From the IMG/VR virus record IMGVR_UViG_3300031519_000014: 64,000 nt of DNA. One strand, 5' to 3'. Position numbers and translations under genes: made by a program. This document shows positions 1 to 7,812 of the stretch, piece by piece (positions within the stretch are counted from its first letter, which is position 1; each line of letters opens with the position of its first letter). The notes below the pieces were generated by a model. That model had not been told where the DNA came from and did no database searches. It saw nothing but the letters and a program-made list of their open reading frames with translations. The DNA comes from an uncultured virus (IMG/VR IMGVR_UViG_3300031519_000014). Its lineage: Duplodnaviria; Heunggongvirae; Uroviricota; Caudoviricetes.

Positions 1-86
1 GCTCAATAGCAGACAGGGCCAGTTGTGCAAGGAACAGACCATATCCGACGTAGCTCGGTAACAAGAAGAACCTATGTAAAATCTAA

Positions 87-569
87 TTAAAAATCACCGG
101 GAGCGACTTGACAGCAGAGGATACCTTCCGATCTCCACATGTCTACAACTTTATTACGGTCATCAAACACGCAAAGTAAAGAAGCCCACTTTTTCCTCTT
201 AACCCATTGGTTATTTCTATATTCAAACTCCTCTTTGAGCCAATCTCTTTTGAGGCTGTCGTCAGGTTCGTAGTTCGAAACCGGTCTCATGCGTAATATA
301 TCATAAGATATTCCATTATCTTTTAACCAAGACTCAGTAACCTCCTTGGTTTCCTCTCCACGACCAGAAAAGATGGCCATTTTGTAGCCAGCCCTCTGAA
401 GAGCGATGTAGAGCGCAATGCTGTCGCTCATCGGAACATCTAACTTAATATTATCCGGATTAAAGAATACTTTCCAGTCCAGTTTGCCGTTTTCTTTGGC
501 AGCGAGCGATCTTCTTGCCTCTATGTCGGCCAAGGTACCGTCTAAATCAAATATTATCCACTTTTCCAT
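87..569 (-). CDS. HAD-family phosphatase, polynucleotide kinase 3'-phosphatase (PseT C-terminal-like) domain
   Basis: HAD motifs FDLDGT, FSGR and FDDR; C-terminal QVAPGDF typical of phage PNK-phosphatases. Confidence 0.85.
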   Translation of the reverse strand: MEKWIIFDLDGTLADIEARRSLAAKENGKLDWKVFFNPDNIKLDVPMSDSIALYIALQRAGYKMAIFSGRGEETKEVTESWLKDNGISYDILRMRPVSNYEPDDSLKRDWLKEEFEYRNNQWVKRKKWASLLCVFDDRNKVVDMWRSEGILCCQVAPGDF

Positions 570-572
570 AAT

Positions 573-665
573 CTATTCATTTTTTCCATAACCGCATAAC
601 CACATCATAATCCAGATCCACCAGAAGCGGAAGCTTTCTCTCAAGTATTCAAGTAATCTTTTCAT
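573..665 (-). CDS. 30-aa Trp-rich hydrophobic peptide (MKRLLEYLRESFRFWWIWIMMWLCGYGKNE)
   Basis: Translated by hand; ATG lies 7 nt downstream of the GTATAAT promoter box and the stop abuts the next gene. Confidence 0.45.
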   Translation of the reverse strand: MKRLLEYLRESFRFWWIWIMMWLCGYGKNE

Positions 666-671
666 ACATAT

Positions 672-699
672 ATTATACAAAAAAAGAGGTTAACGTTTC
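672..699 (-). promoter_or_regulatory. Phage early/middle-type promoter GAAAC-N16-GTATAAT
   Basis: Same motif and 16-nt spacing at 2871, 4605, 16881 and 26905. Confidence 0.65.
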
Positions 700-734
700 C
701 ATTAACCTCTTTAATATAAATTATTTAATATTAT

Positions 735-857
735 TTAAAAACTAGCAATTGAATTATGCATTCCATAAACTAAACAGTTATGTATAATGATTCCGGTTAA
801 CAATAGTATCGCAATTCCCGCACTAATTAATTCTCTGTAATCTAATATCTTTTTCAT
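735..857 (-). CDS. 40-aa single-TM peptide
   Basis: Hand translation MKKILDYRELISAGIAILLLTGIIIHNCLVYGMHNSIASF; A-rich upstream region. Confidence 0.5.
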   Translation of the reverse strand: MKKILDYRELISAGIAILLLTGIIIHNCLVYGMHNSIASF

Positions 858-907
858 TTTTGTTTATTTAAGTATATAATTAATAAGTTGTTGTTTTTAT
901 TATAATA

Positions 908-1051
908 TAAATATAGGCATTTAATGTGGGTTAGAAAAATATATCTTCAACAAAGTGAAGAACCACATCCTTGGTCCGGTATTCGCTCTTCATCTATATC
1001 CAAACTTCTTTACCTTATGTTTTTTATATTAAGGAAAAATGCCTATATTTA
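908..1051. repeat. 15-bp perfect inverted repeat enclosing nested hairpins
   Basis: TAAATATAGGCATTT (908-922) / AAATGCCTATATTTA (1037-1051). Confidence 0.85.
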
Positions 1052-1243
1052 CCTAGGCAGAGGTGTGCCGTTCCCAAGAAAATAGGTGAAATTCCATATG
1101 GATAATAACCCGATGTCTCTCTGAATTAAGAGCCACTTTGGGTTTAACTTAATGAAAACTCACTGGTTTAAGTAAAAAGTAAACACAAATTCAATGACTA
1201 CTTTATAACACACGGTAGTGAAGAAATCCAAACCCGCTCACTA

Positions 1244-1428
1244 TCAACCCGGGCTTACGTTTCAAAAGACAATATTTATACTATATTAAAACTATACAAA
1301 ACGAGCTGGTTTCAGTTCTACGCGGGGGTTTTTACCATTCCCCAACTATCGAGCCATATAAAAAAGGTTCTACCCTACTATGGGTTTTCTAAACTATCTT
1401 CTATTTTTACTATTCAACCCGGGCTTAC
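1244..1428 (+). repeat. 15-bp direct repeat TCAACCCGGGCTTAC (2 copies)
   Basis: Copies at 1244-1258 and 1414-1428. Confidence 0.9.
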
Positions 1429-1658
1429 ATTGAGCCACTTGATCCTCCGTCTTTGGAGATCAGTTCACGTACCTTAATTATCTTATTTTTCTATTTTAAA
1501 AATCCAACTGTTACTTAGGTTTTTGTTTTTACTAAACAGAGCCACAAAGCGCATACCCTGTAGTGTGGGTTTCTGGTAGTAGATGCTTGAATTCAACTGA
1601 GCCGTATTTCCCCAGGAAGTTGGCCCTATTCTATATTCCAAGGTGGGGTAACCGAGCA

Positions 1659-1870
1659 GTGCCCTCAGGGCCCGCGTACCCAGAGGCGGTGCTCTCAGGG
1701 TGAGATAGTGCTGCCAGGGTGCCCTCAGGGTGCCTCAGGTGCCCCTGGGGCCTATATGTATATAGTGTATATAGTGAGTATATAGGCAGATAGGTTGAAT
1801 TTTGTGATAATAAAGGCCCGGGCCCAAAAATCACAAATCTCCAGAAACCCATTTTTTCCCGGGAATTCCC
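1659..1870. repeat. GC-rich iteron-like repeats and palindrome cluster (candidate origin or packaging site)
   Basis: GTGCYCTCAGGG at 1659, 1689 and 1719 plus degenerate copies; GTATATAG x3; palindromes GGCCCGGGCC, TTCCCGGGAA, GGGAATTCCC. Confidence 0.75.
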
Positions 1871-1971
1871 AGCTAGTCAAAAAGCTCATTTCTCCTCTAC
1901 GGAAAAAAATCCCGGAAATTCCGTGTGCTTCCTAGGCAAATTTTAAATAAATAACTAAAATAGATATTGAG

Positions 1972-2208
1972 ATGAAGTATAACCACACGGATTTAAAAGC
2001 ACTTATACCTACGATTACTCACTTGATTGTGAGAACAGAGGATAAAGAACTATTAGCGGTATGGCAAGAGTTTGGTAAGAAGTTTGAAGAACACGATGAA
2101 TATTCAAAACCAGCGGAATTTGCCCTGACTGTCGTTCAAGTATTAAAGTGGTTTTCTGGAATAGCAATTGCAGCTGTAACCCTTGCAAAACTATTTAATA
2201 TAATATAA
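1972..2208 (+). CDS. hypothetical protein with C-terminal TM segment
   Basis: ORF preceded by ATAAATAA (1947-1954); hydrophobic C-terminus. Confidence 0.65.
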   Translation: MKYNHTDLKALIPTITHLIVRTEDKELLAVWQEFGKKFEEHDEYSKPAEFALTVVQVLKWFSGIAIAAVTLAKLFNII

Positions 2209-2413
2209 AAGGATACGTATATGCAATATCCTCCTATGCGAAGACGACGGAACCAAAGAGTAAGGACCGGGGACTAGTCACGGATAAGGATTTAAATACT
2301 CGCATGTAGAGCGAAATCAAATAATCACCTCCCGTACCGTACAATATATCTAATAATACAAAAAGAGGAGGTGGGCCCATGAAATTTTTCTTTGGCAAGC
2401 CGGCAAGATAACC

Positions 2414-2671
2414 CTAAGCGTCTTGGTAAGGCTTGCAAATCTCAATAGTGCCTTCTAGTGAATCAGCTATGTCGTTGATCATCTCTCCTAGATTGTAAAG
2501 TTCTCCGGCTAATTCTTCTTTGCCTGCGGATTCATCACGTTCGGCGTCATCGTTAATTTTGGCGCCCAGCTCCTTTAGGAACTCTTGTAGAGTCTCGTAT
2601 TCTAAATTTCCTATGTCCGTGGCGAGTTCTTTCATCGTGTCGAATCCTTTAATATCGATTGGGTGTTTCAT
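2414..2671 (-). CDS. hypothetical acidic helical protein
   Basis: ORF with A-rich upstream region, downstream of the promoter at 2871-2898. Confidence 0.7.
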   Translation of the reverse strand: MKHPIDIKGFDTMKELATDIGNLEYETLQEFLKELGAKINDDAERDESAGKEELAGELYNLGEMINDIADSLEGTIEICKPYQDA

Positions 2672-2870
2672 ATTGTTTAGTTTTATTCTTTATTTAATTA
2701 ACAGTCTGCGAAATATAAATCTCTTGTTATTACTGTTCTGTGTTATCTTATACTTGTAATTTATTAATGCCTAGCCTTATCTACGTCACTCCAATACTCT
2801 TACTTGTATATCTCAGTGATAATACTAAGTCACATCATTAGAGTGAACGAGGATACATATAAATCTCTAT

Positions 2871-2898
2871 ATTATACTAATAAATAATAAAAAGTTTA
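2871..2898 (-). promoter_or_regulatory. promoter TAAAC-N16-GTATAAT
   Basis: Member of the recurring motif. Confidence 0.55.
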
Positions 2899-2949
2899 GA
2901 CTGCATGATATTGTAGACTTAGATACTAGGTATAATCCAGAAGAAAATA

Positions 2950-3180
2950 ATGAAGAATAAGATGAAAGATTTTAAATCACCTGGAATGTTTGGAGGAAAA
3001 ACATTTAAAGGAACCAATCCAAATGGAGAAGGAGTCCAGCATGGACCCCTCTTATATGAATTACCTGAACATCCAGTGGAAACCCTGATGAAAAGCACAA
3101 TGGGTAGCTCTGAGAGTTTTTACGAACCAACTGGATATATTAACTGTGCACCAGAAAAGATTGAATATCTTAAATCTTAA
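2950..3180 (+). CDS. hypothetical protein
   Basis: ORF with GTATAAT just upstream. Confidence 0.55.
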   Translation: MKNKMKDFKSPGMFGGKTFKGTNPNGEGVQHGPLLYELPEHPVETLMKSTMGSSESFYEPTGYINCAPEKIEYLKS

Positions 3181-3467
3181 TGTACTCCAAGTCTATGGCC
3201 GTTAAGTTTAAATGCTCCCCAACTAGGAGATCCCTGCCTTAGCATTTCGTTTGCGATCTGATCCTGTAATATTCTATTACGCTCTGGATCTTTTCTAACG
3301 TTTAATTTATAGCTTGATTTCGCGTTTGCCAGATTTATTTTTTCAATGTCGGTCTTCTTAAATACAGCCCGGTTAATATAGACTGGCTTAGGTCTTATCC
3401 CAATTCTTTCTAATTGTACTCCGGTAATCTTTTGGTAACCACCTAAATCTCTATTTTGTTCTGCCAT
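3177..3467 (-). CDS. hypothetical basic protein (likely start MAEQNRD at 3467)
   Basis: The longer track ORF overlaps the upstream gene; the internal Met removes the overlap. Confidence 0.6.
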   Translation of the reverse strand: MAEQNRDLGGYQKITGVQLERIGIRPKPVYINRAVFKKTDIEKINLANAKSSYKLNVRKDPERNRILQDQIANEMLRQGSPSWGAFKLNGHRLGVH

Positions 3468-3490
3468 GTTAGTTCGTTTAATTTGTAGTA

Positions 3491-3724
3491 TTATACTTTT
3501 AAGGTATCTAAAGGTTTCATTAAACTTAATATTAGAAAGTATTGATCTGGCGTAATTGAAACCTCTACATAGAGATCTGACTCTCCACATGCTGGAAGCA
3601 TACCTTGACTTGAATACCAATCACCGTGTTTTATAGTTAATTCATCATCGTTATATACTTCATCTGATAAAAACTTTGCAATACGTTCTATTATATCTAC
3701 CTTGATCCAAATATGTATTCTCAT
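3491..3724 (-). CDS. hypothetical protein
   Basis: 4-nt overlap with the upstream gene in a packed minus-strand run. Confidence 0.6.
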   Translation of the reverse strand: MRIHIWIKVDIIERIAKFLSDEVYNDDELTIKHGDWYSSQGMLPACGESDLYVEVSITPDQYFLILSLMKPLDTLKV

Positions 3725-4017
3725 TTCTTAAAGTCTAATTGTCTCATTCTACTTAAAACATAATCTTCTATTTCATTTCTTTCAAGTCCTGCTTCCATCA
3801 TTTCAGCGTTTCCCTGTCCATGAACATAGGAGGATCTAATCTCCTCTTCCATACGTTCTCTAAATTTATCGTTAATCATGATTCCAAGTTTACTATCGAT
3901 CTCACCTTCCCACCCTTCAATGTATTTAATAAGTGACTCTTCGTGATCAGCTTGACCTAATTGGTATGCCGTAAATTCAGCGTCAGTTTTAAATCTGTGC
4001 GGTTTCTCGTCTTCCAT
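3721..4017 (-). CDS. hypothetical protein
   Basis: Packed minus-strand run. Confidence 0.65.
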   Translation of the reverse strand: MEDEKPHRFKTDAEFTAYQLGQADHEESLIKYIEGWEGEIDSKLGIMINDKFRERMEEEIRSSYVHGQGNAEMMEAGLERNEIEDYVLSRMRQLDFKK

Positions 4018-4105
4018 AGTTTACTTCTTTATTTAAAAGATTAGAACACATCACGACAATTGATGCGATGATGGATCTTATTCTTCTAAGTTTTAGAACT
4101 CGAGT

Positions 4106-4567
4106 TCATACTCTCTCTACTTGCTTTTTATACAAAAGTGTATAATATATTCCAGCAGATGTTGAAGCGATTGTTGCATTAACAATATCGATTCCAGGGT
4201 TAGCTGCTAAGAACGCGTTAATATCTTTTTCTAATGTAATTCTGTCTTTTCCTGCTAATACTCTAGCGTGGGTTGTAGCTGTATTCATAAGGCTTGGTGT
4301 TATTTTTTGTATTGGTTCGCTTGGGGTTGTAATATTCCGCATATCTTCCATTATTAGACTATCATCGTCTAACTTTACATTCGGAGTTGTTCCAAGATCT
4401 TGGTGATCTATTTCGGTAGGATGTTCTACTTGCGTATCAAGATCAGCTATGCCTCTCTTCAATGGATTTACATCATTTCCTAAATCTTCTTCTTTTTCAA
4501 CTCCCTTAACTTGAGAATTTCTCATTGCTTCTCCAATGAATCCTGGTACAATTTTATCTTTCCACAT
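4106..4567 (-). CDS. hypothetical protein, disordered N-terminus and small C-terminal alpha/beta domain
   Basis: ORF downstream of the promoter at 4605-4632. Confidence 0.7.
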   Translation of the reverse strand: MWKDKIVPGFIGEAMRNSQVKGVEKEEDLGNDVNPLKRGIADLDTQVEHPTEIDHQDLGTTPNVKLDDDSLIMEDMRNITTPSEPIQKITPSLMNTATTHARVLAGKDRITLEKDINAFLAANPGIDIVNATIASTSAGIYYTLLYKKQVERV

Positions 4568-4604
4568 TATATTGGTGATTTTTTTATTAATGTTTTAATA
4601 TCAT

Positions 4605-4632
4605 TTTATACTATATTAAGATTAGCGGTTTT
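4605..4632 (-). promoter_or_regulatory. promoter AAAAC-N16-GTATAAA
   Basis: Member of the recurring motif. Confidence 0.65.
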
Positions 4633-4680
4633 AGATATCTATCAATTCATGCAGTATATATTGAATCTCTTATTTTACTA

Positions 4681-4833
4681 TCATTTTTGTTTTAACTTCT
4701 TCTTAATGAATTTATATACAGTCGATGATATTGCAATAATTACCGCAATATGCAGTATTATTATAGAACCTATTATCAAATATAATAGCTTGATCATACC
4801 TATGCTGGCTTTTATTATTTTAATCTTTATCAT
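4681..4833 (-). CDS. 50-aa single-TM peptide
   Basis: Hand translation MIKIKIIKASIGMIKLLYLIIGSIIILHIAVIIAISSTVYKFIKKKLKQK. Confidence 0.4.
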   Translation of the reverse strand: MIKIKIIKASIGMIKLLYLIIGSIIILHIAVIIAISSTVYKFIKKKLKQK

Positions 4834-4896
4834 CTTTGTTTTGGCTTAATTCATAACTAAGTCTAAAACACATTAAAACGCTGTTTTATCCTTGCG

Positions 4897-5430
4897 TTAT
4901 ACTTTAACTATGCTTATGGTTCCTTCTTTGTGAAACTTTTTGTTATAATATCCTTTTACTTCTATTACGTATGGATAGCTACCAACCGGAGAAAGTTTTC
5001 CACCATATGTCCCATCCCATTGATTGGATTGCTTATTCGATTCGAATACTAATTGACCCCATCGATTATAAATTACCAGATGATATTTTTTTACTCCACG
5101 GCCTAAACCACCAAACGTGTCATTTAAACCATCTCCATTCGGCGTGAAAGCATTTGGTACGTATATGTACATTGACGGCTTAACATCAATGATATTCGAA
5201 AAGCTTATTTCGCTGGTAACTTTGTTTAATGCAGTAACTCGATATTTAATACGAGGATCGTCAATCCCAGGTATGGGATCTCCTGTCTCTAATAGTTGTG
5301 TATTGTTTTCGTTGATATCCATTAACAAATCCCAAGCTGATGGTTTATACCAAACATCATAGATGTTTATTGCTAATAAGCAAAGTAATATTACAAGAAT
5401 CGATTCTCGTTTAGTGCTAAACTTAATCAT
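4897..5430 (-). CDS. membrane-anchored protein with gliding-motility-associated / T9SS type-B C-terminal domain (CHU_C-like)
   Basis: YVPNAFTPNGDGLNDTF, IYNRWGQLVFES, WDGT and GSYPYVI hallmarks; N-terminal hydrophobic segment. Confidence 0.85.
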   Translation of the reverse strand: MIKFSTKRESILVILLCLLAINIYDVWYKPSAWDLLMDINENNTQLLETGDPIPGIDDPRIKYRVTALNKVTSEISFSNIIDVKPSMYIYVPNAFTPNGDGLNDTFGGLGRGVKKYHLVIYNRWGQLVFESNKQSNQWDGTYGGKLSPVGSYPYVIEVKGYYNKKFHKEGTISIVKV

Positions 5431-5648
5431 GGTAAATATGGATTATCTGCTAGGTTTGAATATATGACTATACAGATAGCAATGATAACAGAGACAACAA
5501 ATGCGGTTGACCACGCATGAAACCATTTATAATCATATATCATTTTATCTATAAGCTCTTTATCCTGCTTTTTATATAATTCGATTTGAGCATCTTTCTT
5601 TATACGCTCTTCTTTGAAATAGTTTTCATTATCTTTCTTAGACCTCAC
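5427..5648 (-). CDS. hypothetical membrane protein
   Basis: C-terminal TM segment; packed run. Confidence 0.55.
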   Translation of the reverse strand: MRSKKDNENYFKEERIKKDAQIELYKKQDKELIDKMIYDYKWFHAWSTAFVVSVIIAICIVIYSNLADNPYLP

Positions 5649-5684
5649 TATATCCTATTTATTTTTATTAGTTACTTCGCTGTT

Positions 5685-5936
5685 TTATTTATCATCTTTC
5701 ATTTGTTTTGGATTTGATAGTGTTACCATGAACTTACCTCGAACACTATCATTTAATACAAATGTTATTCCAAAGGTTTTTGATCCGTCTTGCTCTATGA
5801 CTATGCATTCCTTTGCCGTCGTAGTAACTTCGCCGTCGGTTCCAAATGTTTCCTTTAAAAAATCTGCAGTAGTTTTAAGGTGATCATTCATGTTCGCTTC
5901 CATTACTTTTGTCTCGTCTGTTTTCTTATCTTCCAT
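5685..5936 (-). CDS. hypothetical protein
   Basis: Packed run. Confidence 0.6.
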   Translation of the reverse strand: MEDKKTDETKVMEANMNDHLKTTADFLKETFGTDGEVTTTAKECIVIEQDGSKTFGITFVLNDSVRGKFMVTLSNPKQMKDDK

Positions 5937-5945
5937 AATTATAAT

Positions 5946-6149
5946 TTAAAAAGACTCTATCATAGAATCACGTCCATTCTCAATTTCTGCTTTAAGTTTA
6001 CAGTTTTCCTTGAGATATTCAAATTTTTGCTTTTCAGCTTTTATATATTCTATACGAAGTTTACCATATTTCCATGATATAGCAACAAATAAAATTAATA
6101 GTATTGCACATGCAAAGTGATACGGTCGTTCCCTAATGTCTGTAATCAT
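5946..6149 (-). CDS. hypothetical protein, TM plus coiled coil
   Basis: Packed run, 4-nt overlap. Confidence 0.6.
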   Translation of the reverse strand: MITDIRERPYHFACAILLILFVAISWKYGKLRIEYIKAEKQKFEYLKENCKLKAEIENGRDSMIESF

Positions 6150-6364
6150 TTAGCTGGGTAATTATTTCCAATGTACAAAAATTGGATTGTTTTATAATCA
6201 GCGGCTGCATCTTCTATTCTATCATATGGATAAAACATTTCTTCACTCGGGCTGAGTTTACGAGTTAAATATACTTGACCATTTATTGTGTCTATTCCCA
6301 TGTTAAATGGTGCACTTAAAAATTCATATAAATCTTTCTGTACGTTGTAATTAGTTATAATCAT
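6146..6364 (-). CDS. hypothetical protein
   Basis: Packed run. Confidence 0.6.
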   Translation of the reverse strand: MIITNYNVQKDLYEFLSAPFNMGIDTINGQVYLTRKLSPSEEMFYPYDRIEDAAADYKTIQFLYIGNNYPAK

Positions 6365-6365
6365 A

Positions 6366-6629
6366 CTATTTATTTCTTAGGTAATCTTGTACTGCTGGAA
6401 AATCTTCTCGTTCTCCTAACATTAAATCGTCAATTCTTTCTTTTAATTCGTCAAGTGTAAAAAGTTCACTGTAAAGTGATGCTCCACCTGCAGTTACTTC
6501 CATTGCACTCCATATAAATTGTTTCTTCATATCGACAGTTCCGGCGTATACTATGGTGATATAAGTATCTCCCATGTCAATACATAGTGTCTGCATTTCT
6601 CGTATTCTGACTGATTCAATAATTCTCAT
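6366..6629 (-). CDS. hypothetical protein
   Basis: Packed run. Confidence 0.6.
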   Translation of the reverse strand: MRIIESVRIREMQTLCIDMGDTYITIVYAGTVDMKKQFIWSAMEVTAGGASLYSELFTLDELKERIDDLMLGEREDFPAVQDYLRNK

Positions 6630-6667
6630 AGTATTATTTTACTAATTTTAATAAACTTTTTTAAATA

Positions 6668-6868
6668 TTATCGTATATATTTAATATAAATAATCGTAAT
6701 GAATATAACACTTGACCATGCAATGAATATAATAAGTACATCAATGAAGCGTGAAATAGCGGCGATTAAGAATAATGAGCTAGAAAATAGAAGTACTTCT
6801 ACTAAGTCTAATCTACGCAGTAAAATTTTAAAGAAAGCTACCACTATTAACTGTTTTTTTACTAGCAT
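6668..6868 (-). CDS. possible small membrane protein
   Basis: Two hydrophobic segments; overlaps the sigma gene 3' end by 41 nt; start uncertain. Confidence 0.35.
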   Translation of the reverse strand: MLVKKQLIVVAFFKILLRRLDLVEVLLFSSSLFLIAAISRFIDVLIIFIAWSSVIFITIIYIKYIR

Positions 6869-7736
6869 TAAATCTTAATTTCCGTATCGCTGACTTGTAC
6901 CTACGCTGTATAGTGGCACTGCTCCTTCCTAGATCCGATGCTATTTTTGAGAATGATTCTGGAATATCTGTATCAAATCCAAGTCTACGCTTAACTATTT
7001 CTCTATTGATGGGTGTAAGTTGATCCAAGTAAGATGCTATTAATTTATTATAATCATCCGATTTAACAATATGATCTGCTCCATCTGGATCGCCATTAAT
7101 TAAATTAACTGGTATAAAGTCACTGTCGTCAGATCCAGTTCCTTCCAAAGGAGATGCTTTTGTATTTGCTCGTATCGAGTCAACAATTGCCTGTTTCTTT
7201 TTAATTTCAACCGATGATGAAGTTAAAACCCCATCGTTATCTTGTTCTAAATACGCTTCTATTAATTCATCTTCAGTTGGGTCGCGACCTAAGTCATTAG
7301 TTAATTCAGATTCAATATGATTCATCTTAGAAATAGAAGTTACTCTATTTTGAGGTAATCGTATTTGGCGAGAATGCTCAGATAGGTATAATAACATGTA
7401 TTTTCTAATATTCCATACTGCATATGATATAAATCTAAATCCAGTAGTGTAGTCAAATGCCCTAGCTGCATCTATTAATCCGGTATTTCCTTCGTTAATT
7501 AGATCTTGGAATTTAGAAGTACTCCCTCCTGAATATTGCTTAGCTACACTTATCACGAATCGAAGATTAGATGCAATTAATTTATTAATTGCGTCATTAT
7601 CTCCCGTTGCTGTTAATTTAGTTACCTCAAGCTCTTCTGCTGGAGTTAATAATGGATATCTATTAACTTCTACCATGTATCTATCAATTCCACTTGAATT
7701 AGGTGTGTATCTTTCGGTAGGTCTAAAATCTCTCAT
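6828..7736 (-). CDS. RNA polymerase sigma-70 factor, RpoD/SigA-like (short Bacteroidota type)
   Basis: Region 1.2 YPLLTPAEE; region 2 NLRFVISVAKQY, DLINEGNTGL, GFRFISYAVW; region 3 IRLPQN, LGRDPT; region 4 HTH. Confidence 0.92.
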   Translation of the reverse strand: MRDFRPTERYTPNSSGIDRYMVEVNRYPLLTPAEELEVTKLTATGDNDAINKLIASNLRFVISVAKQYSGGSTSKFQDLINEGNTGLIDAARAFDYTTGFRFISYAVWNIRKYMLLYLSEHSRQIRLPQNRVTSISKMNHIESELTNDLGRDPTEDELIEAYLEQDNDGVLTSSSVEIKKKQAIVDSIRANTKASPLEGTGSDDSDFIPVNLINGDPDGADHIVKSDDYNKLIASYLDQLTPINREIVKRRLGFDTDIPESFSKIASDLGRSSATIQRRYKSAIRKLRFNASKKTVNSGSFL

Positions 7737-7812
7737 ATTATAGTTTTAATAGTTAGCGTACTTATAATTTTACTCAATATTATGAATAAATAATAAAAAT
7801 CACGCGACTATT

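Noticed and set aside
1084..1116. GGTGAAATTCCA resembling FMN or cobalamin riboswitch T-loop elements
   Set aside because: The other conserved riboswitch elements and a suitable downstream gene are missing
1659..1750. Possible CRISPR mini-array
   Set aside because: Repeats are only 12 bp with 18-bp gaps; no cas genes in the window
1631..1852. 73-aa minus-strand ORF
   Set aside because: Spans the repeat/palindrome array; its HPEG/YTLY repeats are by-products of the DNA repeats
2210..2400. Short complementary segments (ATGCGA/TCGCAT, CACCTCC/GGAGGTG) in an intergenic gap
   Set aside because: Stems of 6-7 bp are within chance expectation and match no RNA family I recognise
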